The position numbers and the translations under genes were made by a program. From Myxococcota bacterium (GTDB lineage: Bacteria > Myxococcota_A > Polyangia > Nannocystales > Nannocystaceae), in assembly GCA_039028615.1 (NCBI GenBank), contig JBCCHT010000003.1, forward strand, positions 192,001 to 256,000: a DNA stretch of 64,000 nucleotides. Reading direction: 5' to 3'. The notes below the pieces were generated by a model that was not told the DNA's origin, did not search any database, and saw only the letters and a program-made list of their open reading frames with translations. Positions 18,017-27,844 of this stretch are shown piece by piece (the first letter of the stretch is position 1; every line of letters begins with the position of its first letter).

Positions 18017-18673
18017 CTACCCGCGCCCGCTCGGCCGGGCGAACCACGTCGACCACGTGATCGCGACCATGATGCCCACGAAGCCGCCGAAGTCCCGCGT
18101 GGAGGTGAACGCCGCCAGCGCGGCGACGATCTGCAGCGGCACCAGCCAACGCGTGGGGATGGGCAGCCCGAACAGGAAGGGCGTGTGCGCGACGGTCGAG
18201 TGCCGGTTGCGGGCGGCGAAGGCCGGCAGGGCGAGGGCGAGGACGACGGCTTGGCCCTGCATCATCCAAAACGGGTACGCGCTGCTCGGGCCGCCGACGG
18301 ACTCGGTGATCGCGTGGGCGAACAGGGCCGACGCCCCGGCCACCACGATGCCCCCGAGCATCAGCACTCGCGTGGCGCGTTCGCCCAGCAGCGTCACGAC
18401 TTCCATCACGGACCAGTAGACCAGCACGAGCTGAAAGACCGACCACATCGACAAGGGGCCGGAGCCGACCAGGCCATAGGTGACCACGCGCCACACCTGG
18501 CCGCTGCGCCATGCCTCGGTGGAGAGTCGAAGCCGGGCGATCAGCGGCTCGAGCTCGAAGAGCGAGTCGGCCAAGACCCCCGCGGCCAGGGTCGCCATGA
18601 GCACGATGACCGAGGGCGGGGGGTTGCCTCGCGCACCCGCGATGAACTCCCGCCACGGATCGCGATTGAACAC
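18017..18673 (-). CDS. Membrane protein, possibly rhomboid-like
   Basis: Several TM segments; GQVWRVVTY resembles the rhomboid WR motif; catalytic Ser/His not evident. Confidence 0.45.
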   Translation of the reverse strand: MFNRDPWREFIAGARGNPPPSVIVLMATLAAGVLADSLFELEPLIARLRLSTEAWRSGQVWRVVTYGLVGSGPLSMWSVFQLVLVYWSVMEVVTLLGERATRVLMLGGIVVAGASALFAHAITESVGGPSSAYPFWMMQGQAVVLALALPAFAARNRHSTVAHTPFLFGLPIPTRWLVPLQIVAALAAFTSTRDFGGFVGIMVAITWSTWFARPSGRG

Positions 18674-18870
18674 ACCCCGATGGTAGCCCCCGCCGACCGA
18701 CGTGACGGGGGCTCACGGAGGGCGCGGCCCAATGCCAACGAAATCAAATGCTTGAACCGACGGGCGGTGCTCGTCGATTGTTGCTCTGGCCGCACAGGTC
18801 CATCCCAGCGCGCGTGCCTTGTAACCGGTTGAGAAGGATCCATGGTCTGTGGGCCACCAGGAGAACCGCA

Positions 18871-19515
18871 ATGTCCAATCCCGAGTCCTCGAAGACCATC
18901 CTCTACTACCGTCCCGGCGCGTGCGCGCTCGCTCCGCATATCGCGCTCCACTGGACGGGGCTCGAGCACGAAGCTCGCGTGGGCAAGCGAGACGACCCCG
19001 AGTTCCTGGCCGTGAGCCCGCGCGCGGTCGTGCCTGCCCTCGTCACCCCCGACGGCACGATCCTCAACCAGGCCGGCGCATTGCTGGCCCACATTGCGCG
19101 ACAAGCCGACCGTCCCGACCTCCTGGGCGCGGGCGTTGCTCATGGCGAGTCCATCGTCGGCATGTGGAGCAACTTCTTCGGCTGCGATTTCCACCCCGCG
19201 TTCTGGCCTTACTTCGCGGCCCCGCGCTTCACCGTGTCGGAGTCGGAGCAGGCTCGCGCCGACGTCAAGGCGGCCGGCGTGCTGCAGGTGAAGCAACTGC
19301 TGAAGCGGCTCGACGCGCACCTCGAAGGGCGCACGTTCTTCGTGGGCGAGAGCAAGACCGTCGTCGATGCCTACGCGGTGCCGATGGTCCGCTGGTCCAA
19401 GAACATCACCGCGATCGGGCTCGACGAGTTCCCGCATGTCCGCGCGTGGTACGACAACATCGTCACCGACGAGGGCGTGAAAGCGGCGATGGCCGTGCAG
19501 GGCATCGAGCACTAG
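18871..19515 (+). CDS. Glutathione S-transferase (beta-class-like)
   Basis: LYYRPGACALAPHIAL, VPAL, TVVDAY; SD AGGAGA upstream. Confidence 0.9.
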   Translation: MSNPESSKTILYYRPGACALAPHIALHWTGLEHEARVGKRDDPEFLAVSPRAVVPALVTPDGTILNQAGALLAHIARQADRPDLLGAGVAHGESIVGMWSNFFGCDFHPAFWPYFAAPRFTVSESEQARADVKAAGVLQVKQLLKRLDAHLEGRTFFVGESKTVVDAYAVPMVRWSKNITAIGLDEFPHVRAWYDNIVTDEGVKAAMAVQGIEH

Positions 19516-19683
19516 CGCTTGCTTCGAGCACGGCCGTCGTTTTGCCCATCGGCGCAGAACTACGGCCTGCTCGCACCGAAACGGCGTGGTGGAGGCGGTC
19601 TGGCAGAACGGACCAACCTTCAATGAAATTCGCTGCTTACAGACCATGGATCGCAGACTGCTAGACTTCGATGCAGCTGCGCG

Positions 19684-21078
19684 ATGCCCGATTCGGACAA
19701 GTCCAAGCCCGGTGCGCCCCAGGTCGTGGGTACGGAGGTCTCCGCCACGTTGCCCGTGTCTCGGTCTGCGTCGCGCCAGGGTCGAACCCTGGTGGTGATC
19801 GCGGGAGACCGGGCCAGCTCGCATCAGCTGCCGGACACCGGTCGTTGCACCGTGGGTCGCGGCGACGAGGTCGACGTGCGCATCGATCATCCATCGGTCT
19901 CGCGAGAGCACGCGTGCCTGCACCTCGGGCGTCGCAAGGAGCTGCACCTCAGCGATACCGGCAGCTCCAACGGGACCCACGTGCGAGGCAAGCGTCTGGG
20001 ATCGGGGGAGCGGGTCAAGCTGGCGGCGGGCGAGACCTTCGAGGTCGGCTCGGTGCTGCTGATGGTGCAGGAGCCCTTCGGGCCCGAGACCGCCCTCGAT
20101 CCCAACCCGGCGGTGATCGACGACCGCGACATCGTGGTGCACGACCGCGCGATGACCAGCCTGTATCAGCTGGCGGAGCGGGTCGCGAAGAGCACGATCA
20201 ACGTGCTGCTGCTCGGTGAGACGGGCGTGGGCAAGGACGTGATGGCGCGCAAGATCCACGCGATGTCACCGCGCGCCGACAAGCCCTTCCTGCCGCTCAA
20301 CTGCGGTGCGCTGGCGGAGCAGCTGCTCGAGAGCGAGCTATTCGGCCACGAAAAAGGAGCGTTCACGGGGGCGGTCGAGGCCAAGCAGGGGCTGCTCGAG
20401 GCGGCCAACCACGGCACGGTGTTCCTCGACGAGGTCGGCGAGCTGCCGATGACCGTACAGGTCAAGCTGCTGCGCGTGCTCGAGGAACGCCAGGTGCGTC
20501 GGGTGGGCGGTCTGCGGGCCAAGGCCTTCGACATTCGCTTCATCGCGGCCACCAACCGCGACCTGGCCCAGGCGATCGAGGAGGGGGGCTTTCGCTCCGA
20601 CCTGTTCTATCGCCTCAATGGCATCTCGCTGGTCATCCCTCCGCTGCGGCAGCGGGTGGGAGAGATCGAGGGGCTGTCGCGGCGCTTCATCACCGAGGCG
20701 TGCGAGCGAGGGGGACGCGACTCGGTGCCGACGCTGTCGCCCGAGGCTTCCGCGTGGCTCGAGCGCAACCCGTGGCCGGGCAACATCCGCGAGCTGGCCA
20801 ACTGCATCGAGCGCGCGGTGCTGCTGTGCTCGGGCGATCAGATCACGCTGGAGCACCTGCCCGCGACCGACGGGCTCGTGTCGGTGGGGGCACCGGGGCC
20901 GACGGCTGCGCCCGCGTCCGCGAGCAAGCCCGAGCACCCCGAGCGCCGACGCATCCTCGAGGCGCTCGAGGAGTGTGCCGGCAACCAGACCCGCGCCGCG
21001 AAGCTGCTGGGGATCTCCCGCAACACGCTGCTGTCGCGGCTCGATCAGTACGACATCCCGCGGCCCCGCAAGCGCTGA
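19684..21078 (+). CDS. FHA-domain sigma54-dependent enhancer-binding protein
   Basis: FHA (VGR...SVSREHA...SSNGT), GETGVGKD, ESELFGHEKGAFTGA, FLDEVGEL, WPGNIREL, Fis HTH GNQTRAAKLLGISR. Confidence 0.93.
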   Translation: MPDSDKSKPGAPQVVGTEVSATLPVSRSASRQGRTLVVIAGDRASSHQLPDTGRCTVGRGDEVDVRIDHPSVSREHACLHLGRRKELHLSDTGSSNGTHVRGKRLGSGERVKLAAGETFEVGSVLLMVQEPFGPETALDPNPAVIDDRDIVVHDRAMTSLYQLAERVAKSTINVLLLGETGVGKDVMARKIHAMSPRADKPFLPLNCGALAEQLLESELFGHEKGAFTGAVEAKQGLLEAANHGTVFLDEVGELPMTVQVKLLRVLEERQVRRVGGLRAKAFDIRFIAATNRDLAQAIEEGGFRSDLFYRLNGISLVIPPLRQRVGEIEGLSRRFITEACERGGRDSVPTLSPEASAWLERNPWPGNIRELANCIERAVLLCSGDQITLEHLPATDGLVSVGAPGPTAAPASASKPEHPERRRILEALEECAGNQTRAAKLLGISRNTLLSRLDQYDIPRPRKR

Positions 21079-21102
21079 GCAGGACGGCGGGCGCCCGCGC
21101 GA

Positions 21103-22095
21103 TCAGTCGCAGGGGATGTGCACGTCGATGACCGTGCCCGTGCGGGCCTGGCCGTCGAAGGACGAGAACGCGAACTGGCTGCGCTCGATGCCGCAGTTGC
21201 CCCGCGCGTCGCAGAGTCGCTCCACGCGATGCTCGAGCTCGATCTCGGTCAGCCCGCTGTGCTGAAGCGGCGTCAGCTCCCACGGCGAGGAGGCCCGGTT
21301 GCGGTCGTGGTCGCTCCACAGCAGCAGTGAGCTCCAGGCGGAGTCGGCGGGGGAGATCCGCCCGTCGTGGTTTTCGTCGAGGTCGCGCAGGGCGTCGAAG
21401 CCATCGGTGGGCAGCCGGCCGTCGAGGGTGGGGCTGGCCGAGCCGAACAGCTCGCGGCCGTTCTCGATGCTGCCGCTGTGGTCGAGGTCGATGGCCAGCC
21501 AGGGGGTCTCGGCCCCGGGCCACTCGCGCGCGAGGCAGGCGTTGGAGCCGTCGCTCAGCTCGAAGGCCTCGACGCCCGCGTCGAAGCGGGGCTCCTGGCC
21601 GTCGAAGGACAGCACCAGCGGGGTGAAGCCACACTCTTCCCACACGGGCACGCCGTACTCGAGGCGGCAGCCGAGCTCTTCCTCCCCGAAGCCGCAATCG
21701 TCGAGGTAGGTGTCGCCCAGCTCGCACTCGACCTCGGTCACGCACGGACCCCAGCCGGCTGCGTTGGCCTCGCAGTACTGCACGCCGTACTGCTCGTCGG
21801 CCCAGCAGACCGAGGTGGCGCCATGCTCCTCGCAGGGCCCCTCGAGCTCGGCGACGGGGAGGCGAGGCGGGGGATCGACGTCCTCGCCTCCGTCGCTGCC
21901 CTCTTCCCCTTCGCCGTCCATGCCCTCGGTCTCGGCTTGGTCTTCCTCGGCGTCCTCGCTGCCGTCGCTGTCGGCCTCGTCCGCCTCGGCCATGGCGTCC
22001 TCGGGGAGGTCGTCGGACACGGGCGGGTCGCAGGCGAGAATCGAGGAGATTGCGCAGAGTCCGCAGAAACGAAGGATCGTGGCGTCGAAGGTCAT
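21103..22095 (-). CDS. Acidic lipoprotein with EF-hand-like Ca-binding domain
   Basis: Lipobox ILAC; TPLVLSFDG...WLAIDLDHSGSIENGRELFG...DGFDALRDLDENHDGRIS. Confidence 0.65.
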   Translation of the reverse strand: MTFDATILRFCGLCAISSILACDPPVSDDLPEDAMAEADEADSDGSEDAEEDQAETEGMDGEGEEGSDGGEDVDPPPRLPVAELEGPCEEHGATSVCWADEQYGVQYCEANAAGWGPCVTEVECELGDTYLDDCGFGEEELGCRLEYGVPVWEECGFTPLVLSFDGQEPRFDAGVEAFELSDGSNACLAREWPGAETPWLAIDLDHSGSIENGRELFGSASPTLDGRLPTDGFDALRDLDENHDGRISPADSAWSSLLLWSDHDRNRASSPWELTPLQHSGLTEIELEHRVERLCDARGNCGIERSQFAFSSFDGQARTGTVIDVHIPCD

Positions 22096-22265
22096 GGCGA
22101 GGCTCGGTCATCGGGGAAGTAACCGCGCCCGGAGGATCGATCCTCGACCTCCTTCGATTTGTTCGGGGCCGGCGGAAATGGCGTCGAATCCCGGCTCGGG
22201 GCGTTCCCAGAGGCGGGTTTGACCGGAATTCTAGACGTCCCGCATGCTCGGGAGGGTTGTCGAGC

Positions 22266-25040
22266 GTGGCACAGGGTCGGGGTCGAAGCGGGGGCGGGAG
22301 CGCTCGCGGGATCGGGCTGGCGGTGACGCTCGTGGTCCTGCTCGGCTGCCAGGTCGCGGATCAACCCACGCTGGCCGAGTGCGGCAACGGCATCGTCGAG
22401 CCGAGCGCGGGCGAGGACTGCGAGCCGCTGCAAGACCCGGCCGCCTGCGGGGCGGCGGGCTCGGGCGCGAGCGCCTGCCGCTTCATCTGCACCGCGCAGT
22501 CGTGTCCGAGCGGCTTTCGCTGCGGTAACGATGCCATCTGCCGCCAGCCCTGCCTGGGCTTCGAAGGCGAGCCCGCGTGCAACCCCTTCGAGGTGCTCTC
22601 CGAAGACGTCAGCGAGGCCGCGATCGCTCAGGTCTCCGTCGTCGACGTGGTCGGAGATGCACGACCCGAGATCATCGCGGTCGAGTACGACGACGCGCAG
22701 GGACTCGACGCGCAGGTCCAGGTGTATCGCGTCGAGCCCGACGAGATCGTCACGGGCGAGTCGGCGATGGTCGGCGAGTTCCCCGGGGTGGTGCGGCTGT
22801 CGAGCGGGGGCGTGCACTACCTGGTGGCGCAGCGCGATGCCCTGCCGCTCGCGCCCGCCGAGGCCACCGCGAGCCAGCGGCAGGCGATCTTGTCCGTGCT
22901 CGAGCCCGATCTCGGGTTTCGTGAAGTCATCATCCAGGGACCCACCGTGGTCGACCCCGGCCCGCTGCGCTTGGCCTCGTATGCCCCGTCGGACGAGCTG
23001 CCGGGTGAGAGCGTCGAGCCGCTGCTCTTCGGGTTCGGCGAGGACCAGGTGTGGCAGCCCGAGGCCTCGGCGGTGGAGCCTGCGGCGGCGGGGCATCCCG
23101 ACGACCTGCTCGGTCCCTCGATCGGACAGCCCTTCGATGCCGATCAGGCCGCGGCCGCCGGGGCGTTGGCCTCGCAGGTGTGCCCGGTGATGGTCTACGG
23201 CTACCGCGGGCAGACCCAGCTCTTCGCCGAAAACCCGTGTGAGGACCTGGTCGCCACGTGGACGGCACTGCCGCTCTTGTTGCCCGAGCTGCCCGCCGAT
23301 ACGCGCCTCGGCGACGGTCTGGTGGTGGGTGACGCCAACGGCGACGGCCTCGACGATCTGGCCATCACCACCGATGCGGGGCGGATCCACGTGGCCTACG
23401 GGGTCGGGGACGGCAGCTTCCACTCCGTGGCCAGCGAGCTACCCCTGGAAGGAGGCGACGGGCGCTTCGACGATGGCGTCGGGTTCGCGTCCGAGCTCGG
23501 CACTTCGCTCGGTGTGATCGCGGTGGGGGACTTCAACGGCGATGCGCGGCCCGACTTCCTGACGCGCTCCACCTGGATCCGCAGCTGCACCACGGAGGGC
23601 TGCGGCACCTGTGACGTCGAGGGCTACCGCTGTGAGCTCGGGGCTTCGTCGGCCCCGGCCTACTCGGGCACGGCGGCGAGCGTGGCCGACTACGACGGCG
23701 ACGGCGAGATCGAGCTGGCCGTGCTGGCGCGCGAGGCCGACGATCCGCTCTTCCCCGCCGACCAATGGGGCGGGGTCCCGCCGAGCCCGGGGGACTTGGT
23801 GATCATCGACCGCCCCGGCTCCGAGCAGTGGTCGGCGCGGGTCATCCCCATGGTCGGCGCGCCGCGACTGCTCGCCAGCGGGGACCTCGACGGCGACGGA
23901 GCGGACGAGGTGATGCTGGCGCGCTCCACCGAGGGGGGCGACGAGCTTCACGTGACCTACGGCGAGACGGGCGAGGTCGAGTCGCTCGGTGGCCTGGGCC
24001 TCATCGTCGATGCGCACGTGGTGGCGGGCACCCGCACGCTGGCGGTGGTCTCCGAGGGCAGCGAGGGGCAGGGCCGTCGGCTCACCCGACTGACGGCCAC
24101 GCACGAGCGACAGCTGCGGAGCACGGTGAAGCTGGCCCTGGAGGTCGTGCCGCGGAGCTTCGTGGTGGGGAACTGGACGCCCAGCAACCCCGCGGAGCGG
24201 GGCCTGGCGGTGATCGGTGAGACGGCGACGGGCGAAGTGGGGGTCGAGCTGCTGACCCGTGGAGGCGACACTTTCTTCGATGCCTCCACGCGCAACCACG
24301 CGCTGACCTCGTTGCAGCTGGCCGCCGATCAGGCCGCGTCGGCCCAGGCGGTGGCGATCGATCTCGATGGCGACGACATCGACGAGCTCGTGGTGCTCGC
24401 GGCCGATGGAGCCGTGCGCACGCTTCGGGTCTCCGATGCCGGGGGCGCGCCTGCTTTCATCGACCCCACGCTGAGCCCGGCGCTCGAGCCCTTTGCCGGC
24501 CCCGCGTGGCCGGGCGACGATCGTCCGCGCTCGCTGCTCGGCCTGCGGGATCTCGACGACGATGGCGATCTCGATCTGTGGGCACTGAGCGCGGAAGATT
24601 CGCCACAGCTCGTAGCGTTTCGAAACCTCGGCGACGGCACGCTGGACGTGGCGGGCCGGGCGGTCAGTCCCATTCCACCGCTGGAGCTTTCGTTCTGCGA
24701 AGAGGGAACCGGCGACTGCTCGGTACACGTGCGCGCGGTGGCTCCCTTCCGGGTGCGGAGCGACCGGAGTCGCTCGGTCTCCCCGACCGGGATCGACCTG
24801 CTGCTCGCGTCCCGCCGGGCACTGTTCTTGTGGACGCTCGATCCGCTCGATCCCTCGACGGCCACCGCGTTGCCCGTGGCCGAGCTGGCGGTGGTGCGCG
24901 GGGGACGGTTGCCCCTGAGCCCGGAAGGAGGCCAGGTTCTGGCCGCGATCGGGGACATCGACGGCGATGGGGTCGACGACGTCGTTGCGGCGGGCCGCAA
25001 TGGCATTCGGTGGTTGAACGGCCTGGCCGTCAATCCGTGA
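22266..25040 (+). CDS. FG-GAP/VCBS repeat lipoprotein
   Basis: Lipobox LLGC, CGNGIVE motif, repeats GDANGDGLDD, GDFNGDARPD, DYDGDGEIE, GDLDGDGADE, GDIDGDGVDD; start uncertain. Confidence 0.8.
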   Translation: MAQGRGRSGGGSARGIGLAVTLVVLLGCQVADQPTLAECGNGIVEPSAGEDCEPLQDPAACGAAGSGASACRFICTAQSCPSGFRCGNDAICRQPCLGFEGEPACNPFEVLSEDVSEAAIAQVSVVDVVGDARPEIIAVEYDDAQGLDAQVQVYRVEPDEIVTGESAMVGEFPGVVRLSSGGVHYLVAQRDALPLAPAEATASQRQAILSVLEPDLGFREVIIQGPTVVDPGPLRLASYAPSDELPGESVEPLLFGFGEDQVWQPEASAVEPAAAGHPDDLLGPSIGQPFDADQAAAAGALASQVCPVMVYGYRGQTQLFAENPCEDLVATWTALPLLLPELPADTRLGDGLVVGDANGDGLDDLAITTDAGRIHVAYGVGDGSFHSVASELPLEGGDGRFDDGVGFASELGTSLGVIAVGDFNGDARPDFLTRSTWIRSCTTEGCGTCDVEGYRCELGASSAPAYSGTAASVADYDGDGEIELAVLAREADDPLFPADQWGGVPPSPGDLVIIDRPGSEQWSARVIPMVGAPRLLASGDLDGDGADEVMLARSTEGGDELHVTYGETGEVESLGGLGLIVDAHVVAGTRTLAVVSEGSEGQGRRLTRLTATHERQLRSTVKLALEVVPRSFVVGNWTPSNPAERGLAVIGETATGEVGVELLTRGGDTFFDASTRNHALTSLQLAADQAASAQAVAIDLDGDDIDELVVLAADGAVRTLRVSDAGGAPAFIDPTLSPALEPFAGPAWPGDDRPRSLLGLRDLDDDGDLDLWALSAEDSPQLVAFRNLGDGTLDVAGRAVSPIPPLELSFCEEGTGDCSVHVRAVAPFRVRSDRSRSVSPTGIDLLLASRRALFLWTLDPLDPSTATALPVAELAVVRGGRLPLSPEGGQVLAAIGDIDGDGVDDVVAAGRNGIRWLNGLAVNP

Positions 25041-25060
25041 CGTACCATCACTGGTGAGTC

Positions 25061-26548
25061 GTGACGCCCCCCGAACAACCCTCCGCTTCGCCCACGCTGC
25101 CCAGCGTGGACACGCCGGGCGAGCCCCGCCGCGGAACGGGGACGCCTCTCGAGGCGGGCGCGGTGCTGGCCGATCGGTATCGCCTGGTGCGGATCCTGGG
25201 CCGCGGCGGCATGGGAGCGGTGTGGGAGGCCGAGCACACCTCGCTGGGGACTCCGGTGGCGGTCAAGCTCATCAAGCCCGAGCTGGCCGACGGCGAGCGC
25301 ACCCGGGCCCGGTTTTTACGGGAGGCGAGGTCCGCCGCGGGTCTGCGTAGCCCTCACGTGGTGCAGATCTTCGACTACGGGGTGCAGGACGACACGCCCT
25401 ACATCGCCATGGAGCTGCTCGAGGGGGAGTCGCTCGCCGAGCGTCTGCGTCGGGTCGGGCGGCTTCCGCCCGCGCAGGTCATGGCCATCGTGGCGCAGGT
25501 GGGGCGGGCGGTGAGCAAGGCCCACGATCGCCGCATCGTGCATCGCGACCTCAAGCCGGACAACATCTTCATCGTCGAGGACGACGACGCCGAGCTGTGC
25601 AAGGTGCTCGACTTCGGCATCGCGAAGGTGCTGCCCGGCGACACGACCCTGGAGGCGGACACCCGCAGCAGCGCGATGCTGGGTACGCCCTACTACATGA
25701 GCCCCGAGCAGGCGATCGACGCCAGCGATGTCGACGGGCGCTCGGACCTGTGGTCGCTGGCCGTGATCGCGTTCGAGTGCGTGGTGGGGGGCCGGCCCTT
25801 CGATGCGTCCACCGTGCCCGCGTTGTCGGTACAGATCCTCGTCGACCCGATCCCCGTGCCCTCCGAGCGCGGCAAGGTGCCGCCCGGCTTCGATGCTTGG
25901 TTCGCCCGCGCGACCCAGCGCGAGCCCGGCGATCGCTTTCAATCGGCGAGGGAGCTGACCCAGACCCTGGCCGAGGCACTGGGGGTGGATGCGCCGTCGA
26001 TGGCGACGCTGTCGTCGACGGCCATGGCGAGCCGGCCTCGAGCTCGCTCCTGGTGGCCCGGGGCCGCGCTGGTGCTGGCCGGCGTGGGGGCCGTGGCGTG
26101 GTGGCAAACCCGGCCCGGTGACGAGCCCGAGCCGCCCGAAGCGAAGGCGGCAGTCGAAAGCGAGAAGAAGGCGGCGAGCGACGAGCCGCCCGAGGACGCA
26201 GACGCAGGCGAAGCGTCGGCGGCCTCGAGCGCAACGCCGGAGCCTCCCGTACCGGACCATGCCGCGATCCAGGTCCAGCTGCAGGGTCCCGCGGGCGCCG
26301 AGGTCTACCGGGGTCAGCTCAAGCTGGCGACCTTGCCCGAGACCTTCCGCGTCCCCTGGGGCGAGCAATCGGTGGTGCTGCGGGTCGTGGCTCCGGGATA
26401 CGAAGACTACGAGCTCGAGCTGACGCCGAGCGAAGACCGGCAGCTCGAGCTGGAGATGAAGCCCCAGCGCAAGACCCCGCGGCGCGACCCCAAGCCGAAC
26501 CCCAAAAACCCCGAGCCGGGCGCGTCCGTCGACGACCTGGAGTTCTGA
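25061..26548 (+). CDS. Membrane Ser/Thr protein kinase (C-terminus VDDLEF)
   Basis: LGRGGMGAV, VAVK, HRDLKPDN, DFG, GTPYYMSPEQ, TM segment, PEGA-like C-terminal domain. Confidence 0.92.
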   Translation: MTPPEQPSASPTLPSVDTPGEPRRGTGTPLEAGAVLADRYRLVRILGRGGMGAVWEAEHTSLGTPVAVKLIKPELADGERTRARFLREARSAAGLRSPHVVQIFDYGVQDDTPYIAMELLEGESLAERLRRVGRLPPAQVMAIVAQVGRAVSKAHDRRIVHRDLKPDNIFIVEDDDAELCKVLDFGIAKVLPGDTTLEADTRSSAMLGTPYYMSPEQAIDASDVDGRSDLWSLAVIAFECVVGGRPFDASTVPALSVQILVDPIPVPSERGKVPPGFDAWFARATQREPGDRFQSARELTQTLAEALGVDAPSMATLSSTAMASRPRARSWWPGAALVLAGVGAVAWWQTRPGDEPEPPEAKAAVESEKKAASDEPPEDADAGEASAASSATPEPPVPDHAAIQVQLQGPAGAEVYRGQLKLATLPETFRVPWGEQSVVLRVVAPGYEDYELELTPSEDRQLELEMKPQRKTPRRDPKPNPKNPEPGASVDDLEF

Positions 26549-26554
26549 GCGCGC

Positions 26555-27823
26555 ATGGGTGGTCTGGCGTCATTGTTGCTATGGGGGGTGCTCGCCCCGG
26601 CCGCGCCCGCGTCCGAGAGCGCGGCTCGGCCTCCTGCGCCCACCGTGCGGCCCGAGCATCGCGAGGAACTCGATGTCCTGCCCGACGATCAGCTCGATGT
26701 CGAGGAAGCCAAGCGCCTGTTCCTGGCGGGTAAACAAGCGGCGGAGCACGGGCGCTGGGACGAGGCCATTCGCTACTTCGCCGAGGCCTACCGCCACTCG
26801 GGCAGCCCCGGGCAGCTGTACTCGATGGGCCGAGGCCATCGCGAGCTGTACTTCAACCAGGGGCGCGACCCGGTGCAGCTGCGGCTGGCGCTGTTGCGTT
26901 TCGAGCAGTACCTCGAGCGCAGCCCCCAGGGGCGCAACCGGGCGAACACCAAGAAGTACATCGAAGAGCTGCGGTCCTACGCCACGGTGCTCGAGGGCTT
27001 CGATCAACCCGAGCTGATCACCCGGCTGATGGTGCACGGGCCCGTCGATGGGGCCACCGTGTCCATCGACGGCGGACCGCCGAGCGCCGCCCCGGTCACC
27101 TTCGATGTGGAGCCCGGCAGTCATCGCGTGCAGATGAGCGCGCCTGGCTATCACGAGGCCGACCGTCGCGTGGAGGTCCCCGAAGGCGCCACTGTGCCGC
27201 TGGAGATCGTGCTCGAGGAGCGCGCGGCCGAGCTGCGCGTCACCGGTCCCGCGGGCGCCGAACTCTACGTCGATGGCCAACGCAACGGGCGCTTGCCGTT
27301 GACCACCCCCGTCGAGCTCGAGGCCGGGCCGCATCAGGTCGCGGTGGCGCAGCGCGGGCATACCCCCTTCGTTCGCGAGATCGAGCTGACCCGGGGGGAG
27401 GCGCGGACTCTCGAGGTCGACCTGCCGATCACCTTCCAGCGCAAGCTGTCGTTCGTGGCCATGGGACTGGGGGCGGGTAGCTCGGTGGCGGCCATCACCC
27501 TCGGTGCCCTCGCCGTGCGCAGCCAGAACCAGGCCCAGCAGATCGAGGACGAGCGGCTGACGGTGGGGGTGAGCGAGGCTCGCTTCGCGCAAGGGCAGGC
27601 GGCATGGCAGCAGCGCGACACTCGGAGGGTCGCCGCGCTCAGCACGGGAGTGGTGGGCGTCGTGCTCATCGGGGCGGGGCTGGTGGCGTATTTCACCGAC
27701 GACCCGCGGCTCGCCGATCGCCTCTATCGCCCCGATCGGGCGCCCAGCCGCGCCAGACCGATCGCCATCGTGCCGGTCGTGGGCGCGGGTCTGGCTGGAA
27801 CCTCCGTGGTCGGACGCTTTTAG
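26555..27823 (+). CDS. TPR + PEGA domain protein
   Basis: Signal peptide, N-terminal TPR, two PEGA-like repeats (GATVSIDG...VEPGSHRV...APGY; GAELYVDG...LEAGPHQV), C-terminal GRF. Confidence 0.85.
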   Translation: MGGLASLLLWGVLAPAAPASESAARPPAPTVRPEHREELDVLPDDQLDVEEAKRLFLAGKQAAEHGRWDEAIRYFAEAYRHSGSPGQLYSMGRGHRELYFNQGRDPVQLRLALLRFEQYLERSPQGRNRANTKKYIEELRSYATVLEGFDQPELITRLMVHGPVDGATVSIDGGPPSAAPVTFDVEPGSHRVQMSAPGYHEADRRVEVPEGATVPLEIVLEERAAELRVTGPAGAELYVDGQRNGRLPLTTPVELEAGPHQVAVAQRGHTPFVREIELTRGEARTLEVDLPITFQRKLSFVAMGLGAGSSVAAITLGALAVRSQNQAQQIEDERLTVGVSEARFAQGQAAWQQRDTRRVAALSTGVVGVVLIGAGLVAYFTDDPRLADRLYRPDRAPSRARPIAIVPVVGAGLAGTSVVGRF

Positions 27824-27844
27824 GGCTACGATTGTGGGGCCGGC

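Noticed and set aside
18017..18673. Rhomboid-like protein as the sorting enzyme for the MYXO-CTERM protein
   Set aside because: Catalytic residues are not evident, the genes are 28 kb apart, and nothing in the sequence links them.
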